A DNA stretch of 64,000 bases, taken from NCBI RefSeq assembly GCF_009914755.1, contig NC_060926.1. The stretch is one strand, 5' to 3'. A program made the translations under genes and the position numbers. Source of the stretch: the human T2T-CHM13v2.0 reference genome, Homo sapiens. Shown here piece after piece: positions 1 through 19,584 of the stretch (positions are counted from its first letter, which is position 1; the number at the start of each line of letters is the position of its first letter). The notes beneath the pieces were generated by a model. The model saw nothing but the letters and a program-made list of their open reading frames with translations. It was not told where the DNA came from and did not search any database.

Positions 1-531
1 GAAGATGAAACCTGAGACCAGAGACTCATTTTCTTCTAAAATGTTTTCTCCAAAAGACTTTTTAAAAGAAAAGGGGGGAAATGTGAAAGGCAAATAAATC
101 TTTGGGCCCCCAAATCAATAAGCTAAAGGCAAAAGTCAAGCTGGGAACTGCTGAGGGCAAACCTGCCTCCCATTTTATTCAAAGTCACCCCTCTGCTTAC
201 TGAGATAAATGCATATCTGATCCCTCCTTTGGAAAGGCTAATCAGAAACTCAAAAGAATACAGCCACTGGTCTCTCACATACCTATAACGTGGAAACCCC
301 CTCCCCACTTTGAGTAGTCATGCTTTTCCGGACCAAACCAATGTTCATCATATATGCATTGATTGATGTCTCATGTCTCCTTAAAATGTATGAAACCAAG
401 TTGTGCTCTGACTACCTTGGGCACTTGCCTTCAGGACCTCATGAGGCTGTTTCATGGGTGTGTGTCCTCAACCTTGGCAAAATAAACTTTCTAAATTAAC
501 TGAGACCTGTCTTAGATATCTGAGCTTCACA
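1..531 (+). mobile_element. MER4-family ERV1 LTR (5' part cut off by the window edge)
   Basis: Characteristic MER4 LTR segments (AAGCTAAAGG..AAAGTCAAGCTGGGAACTGC, CTGAGATAAATGCATATCTGAT), AATAAA at 481 and a terminal ...TTCACA at 531. Confidence 0.75.
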
Positions 532-539
532 TGACCAAC

Positions 540-685
540 CTTCATTCATTCTACATATATTTATGGAGCACTCAATTTATTCCAGGCTCTATTCTAGGCT
601 TTAGGAAGAGGCAGTGAATAATGTAAAGTTATTTGTCCTTGTGGAGCTTACATTTTAATAGAGGGAGACAGACAATAATCAAACT
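540..685 (-). mobile_element. L2 3'-end fragment
   Basis: TTCATTCATT tail followed by typical reverse-strand L2 sequence (CCAGGC..TTCTAGGC..GGAGCTTACATT..GGGAGACAGACAATAA). Confidence 0.65.
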
Positions 686-692
686 GATTTAT

Positions 693-950
693 GAAGACGT
701 GGAGGAGGAGAGGAGGAGAGGAGGGGGATGAAAGAGAAGGAGAAGAGGAGGATGAGAGAAGGAGGAGAAGAGGAGGAAGTGTAGAAGGAAGAGGAGGAGA
801 AGAATACTTTACAGTGTGGTCGAAACATATGGATTCCATAGATTATATTGATTCCATACAATTCTTAGAATTCCATGAAAAATGAAGAGGGGGAGAAGGA
901 GGAGGCAGATAGGAAGAAAGGGGAGGAAAAGGAAAGAAAAGAAACATCAA
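693..950. repeat. GA-rich low-complexity tract
   Basis: Degenerate (GGA/GAA)n purine runs. Confidence 0.9.
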
Positions 951-1960
951 AATAAAAGCTTATACTTACAGAGAGTGATAGAGAAGGAGGTGATCCTCTC
1001 ATTCCCAACTGTGGTTTATCTTTTAAATCCCTCTCACAATCATCCCATAATCCCTTTTTAATCTTACTCTCAACATCTGGAATCTCAATCCCCTTCACTC
1101 TTAAAACTCCACCCCTTTCCCTGTAGGGAAACAGCTGCATCTTGTATTTGTCATGGAAACCTCAATCTTCAATCAAATAGAGTAACGCAGCCCTTCCTTT
1201 GCTTATGAGTTTCAGGCTCTCAACTGGGATAGGTGGGTTCTGGTCTCTTGAGGTGAGGAAGAAGCTGAAGCAGCAAAGGCTACTGCTGTCAGCCTCCCAG
1301 GTTACCTAAAGGCAAACAAATCTCACTAGAGCAAACATTAATTTTCTTTTCCAAACAACACAATTTAATCTCCTATGGGGAAGTCATACTTCTCTTTGCA
1401 ACATGGCTTTGATTGCACTGCTTGTGAAATAGCAACCTGGGACTCATTGTGATAACAAGCATGTGACTACTTCCTGTGGCTGCTTGAATGTAAGGGCCAC
1501 AACCTTAGTGGATAATGGCTCTCTCTGGTTGAAAAAATCCTCACATCTTTCCCGATAGCAGTAGGGAATAAGATCTCAATTCATCTCCCCACAACCTCAA
1601 GTGAGAAATTTGGACATAATTCCATATACAGAAGACATAAAGACTTGTTTTTAAAACTCAGAGGAGAGGAATTATCATAGCTTAGCTTTAGGATGAATAT
1701 TGGCATAATGATAGGATGGACCAAAATAATAATAATAATAAAGGAGGTAGGAGAACTAGTAAGAAAATGACGTCAATTTTCCAGATGAGAAGCAATGAGC
1801 ACTGAGATCAAGTCATAGGAATAGACAGGAAAAGTGAGAGATAGACTCAAGGCACAATGCACAGGAGAAGCCACAGAGCTGTGCAACTAATTAAATACTA
1901 AGAGCAGTTGAGAGATGTCAACATTTCCAGCTTCGTGACCATGTGAATTGTTGTCCTGGT

Positions 1961-2058
1961 AGAAGAAAGAAGAGAAAAGAAAAGGGAAGAGAAGAAAAAA
2001 GAAAAGGAGAGAGAGAGAGAGAGAGAGGGAGGGAGGGAGGGAGAGAGGGAGAGGGAAA
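1961..2058. repeat. GA-rich simple repeat
   Basis: (GA)n and (GGGA)n runs. Confidence 0.9.
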
Positions 2059-2199
2059 ATCAGGGTGGATGTGGGGTGGGAGAGGAAAGGGTCTATTGTG
2101 AACATGTGAAGTTTTAGATGTTCACAGACAGCCTATACTGTGTCAAGGTTTCTCAATCCTTGAGACAATGAAGATTTCTCAGAAGCAGTTTGGGAAGTT

Positions 2200-2400
2200 A
2201 CAGATGTGGACCTTGCAGTTTGATAGATGTTGGTTTGAATCCTGCCATCACTCCTTGCTAAGGGTGTGACCCTTGGCAAGGCACTGTCTGCTCAGTGTCT
2301 TCATCTGTAAGATGAAATTAATAGCGCCTATCTCATAGAAGGATTAAATGAGAAAACTCAAGTAGGCCACTTTGAACATTTCCTGGCATAGAGAACAATA
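2200..2400 (+). mobile_element. MIR SINE
   Basis: GGTTTGAATCCTG..TGTGACCCTTGGCAAG..CTCAGTGTCTTCATCTGTAAGATG core..GGATTAAATGAG. Confidence 0.75.
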
Positions 2401-3144
2401 TGTAAAAGTTAAAAATTGTTCGTCTTTGATCATTGCTTTATTCAACCCTTCTTAAGATAAAGACCTGTTAAAAATATTCTAAATTATTTTTACATAACAC
2501 ATGATCACTTCCTCTTTGTTTGCCTTCACACTTCATTCAAGGTTGGTGGTCAATGACAGTTTGCAAACTGTCCCAGGCAGTCTTTCCTATGGTAATGAGA
2601 CCACCAAGAGAGTGTTTAGCAAAAGTGTTTGCCTAGAGAGATCAAGAGGAGTTTGTGTAGTTTGCACTTTGTAATTATAATGAGAATTACGTCAATTCAT
2701 CATACTTTTAAACCCAAAGTCTTGCCCAAAATGACTGCAGTTGAACATGTGTTTATCATAGTGCTACTCTAAAAAGAAGGTACCTTATGTAAGCAAGAAG
2801 GAGTCCCCTCGCTCGTAGGTGTAAGGGGGCAAATCAATGTGCTGTGGAGGAGGGGTGTGTGAGCAAACAAGGTGTATCAGAATCGCTAGAACATATCCAA
2901 AGCTTGTAAATGAATGTAATACCCGGATGCTTACTCATATTAGAATCAAAATGTCCATCTCAGAACATGCCAGTAGCTTAAGTTTGAATGCCCATTAGTT
3001 CCTTAAAATTAAATGCAGACCAGACAATTATCATATAATTTATAAATACTATATTTTAAGAACATTTATTTATCCAACATGTATTGAGTGCAGACCCTAT
3101 TGAAGAAAGGTAGCAGACCTAGAAGAATCTGACAGGTCTTCTCC

Positions 3145-3300
3145 TTGAAATTTGGCTCTAATATCTTCTAGTTAGACACCTATGCCTCCCTGAGTCTAAT
3201 TCTCTCCTTTAAAATGGAGATAACGAATCCGCCTTGCAAAGATGTTGCAAGCATTAAATACTGTAATGTGTTTAAAATGTCTAGAGCCATGCTTACATTA
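3145..3300 (+). mobile_element. MIR SINE (degenerate)
   Basis: CCCTGAGTCT..TTCTCTCCTTTAAAATGGAGATAA..GATGTTGCAAGCATTAAAT core similarity. Confidence 0.55.
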
Positions 3301-4633
3301 AAAAAGCAGAATTTATTCAATTAATATTATTAATGTAATGACTGATCATTAAATAAATGTTCAATAAATAGAAATTACTGCTACCCTTATTATACATGCT
3401 AAGTACTGTAGTATGCAAGAGACAAATACAGTGCCCACAAGGGACAAATGTCGCTGTCCACCAGTGGCTCCCATTCTTGTGGAGAAATGCATAATGTCCT
3501 GTAAGGTTGGTCCAAAGTTTTGCAAATTAAGAAATTCAGGTAAAGTATATTTCACAGATTTTGCTCTAAAATATATAAACTTCCTGAGACTGAGCTTGTC
3601 CTACAATCCAAAATTAATGAGATGCAATTCTATCTGAGTGATTTATAGGTATCAGATTGGAAATAGTTTCAACCTTTAACAAATACCACCAATAAAGTAC
3701 TTGTTAGCTAAGACTCTGTTGACATCACATTTGCCTGTGGCTTGGACCAGGAGAGATTCTGCTTATATTATGGTGTTTACTGATAGGTCGTGATAACCTG
3801 ATCTCAGTTCCAAAAGAAACCTGTCTAACTTTTAGCCATTCCAGTTTTCCTTTTTACAAATTTGACCCTGTAGTACAGTAAATGTAACTTTATAAATCCT
3901 ATATACAAAAGAGCTATAAAAGTTCTGAAGCAGTGCTTATAATTGTTTTGTTATATATTACAAGCCCAACATTTAATTAGATGTACAAAAGCACCACATA
4001 AATATTAATATTTATCTTTATCATTAAAATTCTCTTTAATAGACAAAAGGAAAATATTCACAACAATCTATATCATATTTCCCATTCTCACCGTATATAA
4101 GGAAGTCAAGGTGCAATTCACTGTTATTTTTAATGTCACATTATCTTCATGCCTTGTCATTCTTCGTTAACGTGTGAGGATAACTCCAGTAATATAGGCT
4201 GAACCTATTTCTGAAGAGTGTATCTTACAAGTAACCAATAAGCAATGTAATACACACAATAACTATATGCTCCATCTCAGAAGAACTGGGAAGTGTTTTG
4301 CCATCATCGAGTGCCTATGTTAAGGCAATTAGAAGCCTTAATTCTAGCAGTGCACTTAATTTTCTTTATATATTAACGGCTAAGGCACTTCAGGTTAAAA
4401 AAGATGAATGATACTTGATTATCTAAGGGCCCTTATACAGTTGAGGAAGGAAACAGACTGACCTACTGGTCATTGTAATAGAAGATTGACTGTGTGCCCT
4501 CTATCCACGTAGATGACTGTCGACTTAAAATGAATCTTACAGGTCCCTCCATGACACCTTTTGTAAATCTTATTGGTTCTGTGCACTTAAAGGAACAAAG
4601 CTTTCTACCAATTTCTACACATTTTAGAAATGA

Positions 4634-4953
<320 letters not shown>

Positions 4954-5057
4954 TCTCTTTTCAGATGTTCTTATGCTTATCTGTGGCATCATATTGTCAA
5001 GTATTCCACCATTCAACCTACTTAATGTAAGAAAGCCATCAAAAATAATAAAATTAG

Positions 5058-5370
<313 letters not shown>

Positions 5371-6599
5371 ATAATAAAATTATAGCCACCTGGAATTAAC
5401 ACTAAATTTTCTGAAAAACTCTGAAGAAGCTTTATGGCATCAGTAGATTTAATGCTATGCCTTCTGTTAGGATGATTTGAATAGCTGAGGGAAATGTGTA
5501 GGAAACTTTGTTATATTTCTGTTTCATGCATGGATTTGCTTTGTAATGTTGGACACTTTGTAAAGCTAGGAAAGAAAGTGGCTCTTCAGCTGAAATTCTG
5601 CAATTCTAGGATTCTCAATAGAAAAAATATAAATAAGACCCCTTCCTTCAACTCCAAGGCTCTCTTCCATTACTATGAGAAAGTCGTCCCCCCTAGCAGG
5701 TGAAGTGACAAACCCCTGTGCCTAGAACAATTGACTTCTTCCTGATGATTTTCTTGAAGTGCTTCTCAAGTGTGAAAAAAAAAAAGGAAAATTAGCTTCC
5801 GGCTATTGCTAGCTGGATGTTGTCCAGAAATAATTGCGTAATTGTATCTCTCAGAATCCAAAACAAATCATGCCAGAAAACTGGCAGCAGAAGTAGTAGA
5901 TATGAAACAGTCTGTCACTAAACTTTATTTAAACCCCTAGGCATCAAGAAATACTGAGAGGTGACAGTGTGCTGGCAGCCCTGGCAGCCCTCACTCGCTC
6001 TCGGTGCCTCCTCGGCCTCGGCACACATTCTGGCCGCACTTGAGGAGCCCTTCAGCCCGCCACTGCACCATGGGAGCCCTTCTCTGGGCTGGCCGAGGCC
6101 GCAGCTGGCTCCCTCGGCTTGTGGGGAGGTGTGGAGGGAGAGGCACGGGCGGGAACTGGGGCTACGCGGGCACTTGCAGGCCAGCTAGAGTTCCGGGTGG
6201 GTGTGGGCTTGGTGGGCCCCACACTCAGAGCAGCAGGCCAGCCCTGCCAGCCTGGGTAGTGAGGGGCTTAGCACCTAGGCCAGCAGCTGCAGAGGGTGTG
6301 CTGGGTCCCCCAGCGGTGCTGGCCCACCAGCGCTGCGCTCAATTTCTCGCTGGGCCTTAGCTGCCTCCCCACGGGGCAGGGCTCGGGAATTGCGGCCCGC
6401 CATGATGGAGTCGCCCCCCCCAACCCCTCCGTGGGCTCCTGTGTGGCCTGAGTCTCCCTAACCAGCACCACCCCCTACTCCACCACACCCAGTCCCATCG
6501 ACCATGGAAGGGCTGAGGAGTGCGGGCCCATGGCGCAGGACTGGCAGGCAGTTCCACCTGCAGCCCCAGTGTGAGATCCACTGGGTGAAGCCAGCTGGG

Positions 6600-7080
6600 C
6601 TCCTGAGTCTAGTGGGGACTTGGAGAATCTTTATGTCTAGCTAAGGGATTGTAAATGCACTAATCAGCACTCTGTGTCTAGCTCAAGGTTTGTAAATGCA
6701 CCAATCAGCGCTCTGTGTCTAGCTAATCTGGTGGGGACTTGGAGAATCTTTATGCCTAGCTAACGGATTGTGAATGCACCAATCGGCACTCTGTATCTAG
6801 CTCAAGGTTTGTAAATGCACCATTCAGCACTCTGTGTCTAGCTCAAGGTTTGTAAATACACCAATCGACACCGCATCTAGCTAATCTAGTGGGGAAGTGG
6901 AGAACTTTTGTGTCTAGCTCAGGGATTGTAAATGCACCAATCAGCACCCTGTCAAAATGGACCGATCAGCACCCTGTCAAAACAAACCAATCGGCTCTCT
7001 GTAAAATGGACCAATCAGCAGGATGTGGGTGGGGCCAGATAAGAGAATAAAAGCAGGCTGCCTGAGCTAGCAGTGGCAAG
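6600..7080 (+). promoter_or_regulatory. LTR12 U3 enhancer/promoter: tandem ~40-bp units with CCAAT (NF-Y) boxes and an AATAAAA TATA-like box
   Basis: Repeated GTAAATGCACCAATCAGCACTCTGTGTCTAGCT units; established ERV9 LTR architecture. Confidence 0.8.
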
Positions 7081-7595
7081 CCACTGGGGTCCCCTTCCCC
7101 ACTGTGGAAGCTTTGTTCTTTTGCTCTTTGCAATAAATGTTGCTGCTGCTCACTCTTTGGGTCCACAATGCCTTTATGAGCTGTAACACTCACTGTGAAG
7201 GTCTGCGGCTTCACTCCTGAGGCCAGCAAGACCATGAACCCACCAGAAAGAAGAAACTCCAAACACATCCGAACATCAGAAGGAACAAACTTCATTTCAC
7301 CTTTAAGAACTGTAACACTTGGAAGGAGGAGCCAAGATGGCTGAATAGGAACAGCTCCGGTCCACAGCTCCCAGTGTGAGCGACGCAGAAGACGGGTGAT
7401 TTCTGCATTTGCAACTGAGGTACCAGGTTCATCTCACTGGGGAGTGCCATACAGTAGGTACAGGAGAGTGGGTGCAGCGCACCGTGCGCGAGCCGAATCA
7501 GGGTGAGGCATCGCCTTACCCGGGAAGCGCAAGGGGTCAGGGAATTCCCTTTCCTAGTCAAAGAAAGGGGTGACAGACAGACGGCACCTGGAAAA

Positions 7596-7778
7596 TCAGG
7601 TCACACGCACCCGAATACGGCGCTTTTCCAACGGGCTTAAAAAACGGCACACCAGGAAATTATATCCCACACCTGGCTCAGAGGGTCCTAGGCCCATGGA
7701 GTCTCGCTCATTGCTAGCACAGCAGTCCGAGATCAAACTGTAAGGCGGCAGCAAGGCTGGCAGAGGGGTGCCCGCCAT
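7596..7778 (-). other. L1 ORF0 (antisense ORF of the 5'UTR), 60 codons, C-terminally truncated
   Basis: Translation MAGTPLPALLPPYSLISDCCASNERDSMGLGPSEPGVGYNFLVCRFLSPLEKRRIRVRVT* matches primate L1 ORF0; ATG intact; premature stop from CGA>TGA. Confidence 0.8.
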
Positions 7779-8361
7779 TGCCGAGTTAGTTGTTTGATTA
7801 GGTAAACAAAGCGGCCGGGAAGCTCGAACTGGGCGGAGCCCACCACAGCTCAAGGAGGCCTGCCTGCCTCTCTAGGCTCCACCTCTCGGGGCAGAGCACA
7901 GACAAACAAAAAGACAACAGTAACCTCTGCAGACTTAAATGTCCCTCTCTGACAGCTTTGAAGAGAGTAGTTGTTCTCCCAGCTCGCAGCTTGAGATCTG
8001 AGAACAGGCAGACTGCCTCCTCAAGTGGGTTTCTGACCCCCCGAGTAGCCTAACTGGGAGGCACCCCCCAGTAGGAACGGACTGACACCTCACATGGCTG
8101 GGTACTCCTCTGAGACAAAACTTCCAGAGGAACGATCAGGCAGCAGCATTTGCGGTTCACCAATATATGATGTTCTGCAGCCACCGCTGCTGATACTTAG
8201 GCAAACAGGGTCTTGAGTGGACCTCTAGCAAACTCCAACAGACCTGTAGCTGAAGGTCCTGGCTGTTAGAAGGAAAACTAACAAACAGAAAGGACATCCA
8301 CACCAAAAACCCATCTGTATGTTACCATCAGCAAAGACCAAAGTTAGATAAAACCAAACAG

Positions 8362-9377
8362 ATGGGGAAAAAAACAGCAGAAAAACTGGAAACTCTAAAA
8401 AGCAGAGCGCCTCTCCTCCTCCAAAGGAACGCAGCTCCTCATCAGCAACAGAACAAAGCTGGATGGAGAATGACTTTGACAAGTTGAGAGAAGAAGGCTT
8501 CAGACGATCAAACTACTCTGAGCTACAGGAGGAAATTTGAACCAATGGCAAAGAAGTTAAAAGCTTTGAAAAAAAATTAGATGAATGGATAACTAGAATA
8601 ACCAATGCAGAGAAGTCCTTAAAGGACCTGATGGAACTGAAAACCAAGGCACAAGAGCTACATGACGAATGCAGAAGCCTCAGTGGCTGATACGATCAAC
8701 TGGAAGAAAGGGTATCAGCCATGGAAGATAAAATGAAGGAAATGAAGCGAGAAGAGAAGTTTAGAGAAAAAAGAATAAAAAGAAATGAACAAAGCCTCCA
8801 AGAAATATGGGACTATGTGAAAAGACCAAATCTACGTCTGATTGGTGTACCTAAAAGTGACGGAGAGAATGGAACCAAGTTGGAAAACACTCTGCAGGAT
8901 ATTATCCAGGAGAACTTCCCCAATCTAGCAAGGCAGGCCAACATTCAAATTCAGGAAATACAGAGAACACCACAAAGATACTCCTCGAGAAGAGCAACTC
9001 CAAGACACATAATTGTCAGATTCACCAAAGTTGAAATGAAGGAAAAAATGTTAAGGGCAGCCAGAGAGAAAGGTCGGGTTACCCACAAAGGGAAGCCCAT
9101 CAGACTAACAGCTGATCTCTTGACAGAAACTCTACAAGCCAGAAGAGAGAGGGGACCAATATTCAACATTCTTAAAGAAAAGAATTTTCAATCCAGAATT
9201 TCATATCCAGCCAAACTAAGTTTCATAAGTGAAGGAGAAATAAAATACTTTACAAACAAGCAAATGCTCAGAGATTTTGTCATCACCAGGCCTGCCCTAC
9301 AAGAGCTCCTGAAGGAAGCACCAAACATGGAAAGGAACAACCAGTACCAGCCACTGCAAAAACATGCCAAATTGTAA
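8362..9377 (+). pseudogene. Disrupted L1 ORF1p
   Basis: ATG at 8362, early frameshift and stops; C-terminal 218 aa open (8721-9377, ...YPAKLSF...QKHAKL). Confidence 0.93.
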
Positions 9378-9440
9378 AGACCATCAAGGCTAGGAAGAAA
9401 CTGCATCAACTAATGAGCAAAATAACCAGCTAACATCATA

Positions 9441-13190
<3,750 letters not shown>

Positions 13191-13523
13191 ACAATGAGAA
13201 CACATGGACACAGGAAGGGGAACATCACACACCAGGGACTGTTGTGGGGTTGGGGGAGGGGGTAGGGATAGCATTAGGAGATATACCTAATGCTAAATGA
13301 CGAGTTAATGGGTGCAGCACACCAACATGGCACATGTATACATATGTAACCAACCTGCACGTTGTGCACATGTACCCTAAAACTGAAAGTATAATAATAA
13401 TAAAATTAAAAAAAAAAAAGAACTGTAACACTCACCACCAGGGTCTGTGGCTTCATTCTTGAAGTCAGTGAGACCAAGAACCCACCAATTCCGGACACAA
13501 TATGATCTAGATTAACAAGCTTT

Positions 13524-14325
<802 letters not shown>

Positions 14326-14499
14326 TATTATTCTTATAAACTTTTTTTTGATATCTATCTATGACATATATGTGTGTGCATATATATGACATAGATTTTT
14401 ATGTTTGTGTATTGAACATATCAGAACATCTATTATTGATGGAAACTTTTTTTAGGCCTGATCTTGTGAATTAAAACTGTCAATTTAGAATTAAAGCTA

Positions 14500-14805
<306 letters not shown>

Positions 14806-14829
14806 TAGAATTAAAGCTAATGTATATAA

Positions 14830-15050
14830 TGCTTAACATATGTCAGGGATGTTTTAATCATACAGATTTATTTAATCTTCACTTCAACTTTATGGGAAAG
14901 GTACAACTATTGTCCCCGTTTTATGATTAGGAAACCTAAGGCAGAAAGAATTCGAGCAACTTACGTAAGGCTATGTGACTAATAAAAGATAAAATCAAGA
15001 TTCAAACCCAAGGAGCATGGCTATAGAACTAGAACCCTCAACCACTTACC
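14830..15050 (-). mobile_element. MIR SINE
   Basis: ATTTAATCTTCAC..TATTGTCCCCGTTTTATGATTAGGAAACCTAAGGCAGA..GATTCAAACCCAAG. Confidence 0.75.
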
Positions 15051-17057
15051 TACAGTGCTCTTGGAACCCAAAGAGTGTAAAATAGCGCTAGAGCATTAAG
15101 AAGTTTAGAATGGCCAACTGACACCAAGCCTGAGTTTTAGATTGGATTGCTGGAACCAGATCCGGCTAAATCTCTGATCACGCTAGTTAGCCCCAAATTC
15201 ATCAAACAGTGGTCCACAATCTCTGATAGGGACAAGGGCAACCAATGTAAGTAAAAAGAACCCTTAGGCACTATGAACAAAAGTACTTCAAAAGTCATTG
15301 CACATTTAGACACATCTCTTTTCACTACTCATGGTTTTCTTTAATATTAGCCATCAAACTGGGAGAAGCCAGGGTCTTCAGGGATGTTGAAGTGCTAGAC
15401 TAGCCTTTGGAAAAGCAGTGAAACCACTGATATGTTAGAAAATATCATCATTACTGAATAGGTTGGAGTTTTTTCTTTTCCAAGACTTCTGCTCAGAAGT
15501 TGAAGGAAATAGAACTCTTAACTCTCACAATTGAAAATTGAAAACGTTTATGATTTTATAAAAAGTGTGGCCAATGTTTCAGCTGTGGTTATGGTCACCT
15601 TGTCCATTAAAATCTAGATGACATTTATAGGCCCCTGTTCACATCTCATAAGCAGTCCAACATCCTCCCCTAAGACTTCCCAGTCGGTTTCTGTCCTTAT
15701 ATTCACCTAAGTGGTGAGTTCCAGCTTCCACAGAATTAGATCACTGTATGGGTTGTCACACCACTCTGCCCATGCTACTTTTTCCTTTAACACATCAACT
15801 CAAGACAGGTATTTCAATCCTCTTCCATAATTGTCACACAATTTAGTGTTTGTCTACACATCTTTTCTGCCAAGAAAAACTGTGCATGACTTGGAAATGG
15901 GCAAAATACATCACTGTATGTCCTTTTACAGGTCTAGGTATGGCCTAGTAGACCCTCTGGGAATTATGTGATTTTATACGAGTGTGCACTTTTGATTTTC
16001 TTTCCATTAACAAGGTCATTTTATAACTCTCTAGGGGTTGTAGAAGACGGATAGTAATACGAAAGATTCTCATCCAAAGCAATGCAAGTAAATTTGAAAA
16101 TATTACTGTTAGATAAGAAATTAAACAGTTTTTATCTGTTACCTAAATTTAAGCATCTTGAGTTTCTATTTATACCTGTTCTTCAATTCTCATCTGAACT
16201 AGTCTTAATAGCATACAACTTCCTGCATTAATGAATTGAATACATTTTTTACATGTTCATTTTATATTTGCACAAAAGCCATATTGCTAACTTTCCAAAA
16301 GTACACAGTAATATTCTGAACATTTGAAAAATGCAGGATATTTATATTGAACAAACATGAAAGATTTTAAATTAAATATTAAGCGTCCTCTTTAGAAAAC
16401 ATGTTCTGTGTTTTCTTCAACTCAGGCTCCAACCTCCAGCTAGGTTGTTGGGCTCCACATTCTTCTGTTGTCTCTGCTCTCCCCACCCTTATGCAAAGCA
16501 CTTTTCCACATATCCCCTCCCTGTGTCCCCATTAGCAAAAAGAATTATTTTCCGAAATAAAGATCTTTTCTCCCTAAGAAGAATGGTACTGCCAATTTTG
16601 TTTATCTTGAAAGATATCTGAGTAAACAAGACTGGCAAAGACTGAGAAGGAAAATAAACTCAGGTACTAACTTGCTTCATACGACTAAAAAATCTGAGTC
16701 CCAGAAATAATTTGTTCACATATATCCAACTACCTAATTTATTATTAGAGAAAATAGGCTTTTTTTCTCTAATATAAAACATTATTTTAGAGATAATTCA
16801 AATTAAGTATTAAAATTTAGTTATTTCAGCCTCATTAAAACTTTTGTAGTAGGAGGTGGAAGAGTTTTAATCAAATAAAGCACAAATTAAACACTGTGTA
16901 CATAGTAATATTTGATCCAATTTTAAATTGTGACTTCAAAACTGAGAAGGTGTTTTCCTTTGGATGGAAAATGCTATAGATGTTCACATTAGTAGATTAG
17001 ATGTATTATTGAAACACCGAGAATTTACCATAAACAATTATGTAAAACACTATTGTT

Positions 17058-17831
<774 letters not shown>

Positions 17832-18452
17832 TGAACAGTTTTAGTGACTTTGAAAGAAACTTCTACACATTTTCAAAAGCTCTAAGAAATAAATGAAATA
17901 AATATCTGGAATATATAATAATGGTAACTAGAATCAAAAGGTAATGATAAGAGCTAAGATATGTTTATTCAATTTCACAAATATTTACATGGCTTGTTTT
18001 CTACAGTCTTTATTGAGGCTGCCTTTGACCAAGAGTATGGAAAGTTACCTCCAGTACTCTTCCTACTATATTTTTCCTCCTTTTCCTTCATTGCTATCAC
18101 ATGCACAATATGCTTCAGTTTTTTTATTTTGTCTTCTATTTCCTTCCCTAGAATATGCTCTCCCAAAAAGGAGGAATTTTTTCTGTTTGTTGACTGCTTA
18201 TTCACATCAGCTAAAACAATGCCTCAATGCCTAGCACACAGTAGGTCCTCAGGAAATTTTTGTCAACAGAATAATCATTATATCTGGCAATAGCAGAAAT
18301 CAATTTTTTAAACAGACATATAAATGATATAAAAATCGACCATGAGCTAGGCCATAAAGTAGCCTCAAGGAATTTCAAAGATAATAAACACATCACATTT
18401 GCTGACCACAGTGGAATTAAATTAGAATTACTCACCAAAAGTTAACTAGGGG

Positions 18453-18492
<40 letters not shown>

Positions 18493-18535
18493 ACACATAC
18501 ACACACACAGAGCGATAGAAGGGGCCTGACTTTCT

Positions 18536-18849
18536 GGCCAGTCCAGTGGCTCATGCCTGTAATCCCAGCACTTTGGGAGGCTGAGGCAGGCGGATCACTT
18601 GAGGTCAGGAGTTCGAGACCAGCCTGGCCAACATGGTGAAACCCCATTTCTACTAAAAATACAGAAATTAGCTGGGCATGGTGGCAAGTGCCTGTAATCC
18701 TAGCTAAATCCTATAATCCGGAGACTGAGGTAGCAGAATCGCCTTGAACCCAGAAGGTGGAGATTGCAGTTAGCTGAGATCACGCCATTGCACTCCAGCC
18801 TGGGGGACAGAGGGAGACTCCGTCTCAAAAAAGAAAGAAAAAAAAAGAA
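18536..18849 (+). mobile_element. AluS
   Basis: Dimeric Alu; TSD GCCTGACTTTCT. Confidence 0.92.
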
Positions 18850-19284
18850 GCCTGACTTTCTTCCTAGTGATGCAGCTGGCTTGTGCAGGGTTGCACAGTG
18901 AAACAGCAAGGGAAATAAAGATCCTACCTTTCTCCTCCCTCTGTCTGCTCTCCTCCCTCTCCTGCCATTGATCCTCACTGGCTGAAAGCAGTAGGAGCCC
19001 ATGGAAGCCAAAAAAAAATCACTGAAGTGGCCCATAAATGTGGGCCCCTCAGGGCACCAACCGGTGGGAAAAGTGGAGCGATATCTGCAGTGACCATGAA
19101 AACTATGCAGCACGAAATGGCGTCTAGAACAACAGCGAAATGTAAGCAAGCACACAAAGTACTTACTGATAAAAAGCTGAGCACATTCTTTCTGAATCAG
19201 CGTCAAAACAAGATACTGGCTGTCATTGATCCCACCTGAAATTGTGTTTGAGATCTTTGCCAGGATATTAAAGTAAGAAAATGG

Positions 19285-19584
19285 GGCTGGGCGTAGTGGC
19301 TCACGCCTGTATTCCCAGCACTTTAGGAGGCTGAGGCAGGTGGATCACCTGAGGCCAGAAGTTCAAGGCCAGCCTGGCGAACATGGCAAAACCCCGTCTC
19401 TACTAAAAATAAAATAATTAGCTGGGCATGGTGGGGGGCACCTGTACTCAGGAGGCTGAGTGAGGCAGGGGAATTGCTTGGACCCGGGAGGTAGAGGTTG
19501 CAGTGAGCCAAGATCGCACCACTGCACCCCAGCCTGGGAGACAGAGTGAGACTCCGTCTCAAATAAATAAATAGGAAAAAAAAA
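19285..19584 (+). mobile_element. AluS
   Basis: Dimeric Alu with an A-rich tail. Confidence 0.9.

Noticed and set aside
648-1140. Ser/Pro- and Arg/Glu-rich ORFs (also 1887-2105 and 55050-55436)
   Set aside because: Translations of GA/TC low-complexity tracts.
5961-6581. GC-rich overlapping ORFs and a CpG-island-like segment (also 32664-33346, 189 aa)
   Set aside because: Entirely within LTR12 U3; long ORFs are expected from stop-poor GC-rich sequence, and this is not a host gene promoter.
6600-7020. Regularly repeated ~40-bp units that superficially resemble a CRISPR array (also 32430-32700)
   Set aside because: No unique spacers and no cas genes; these are the known tandem enhancer repeats of the ERV9 LTR12 U3.
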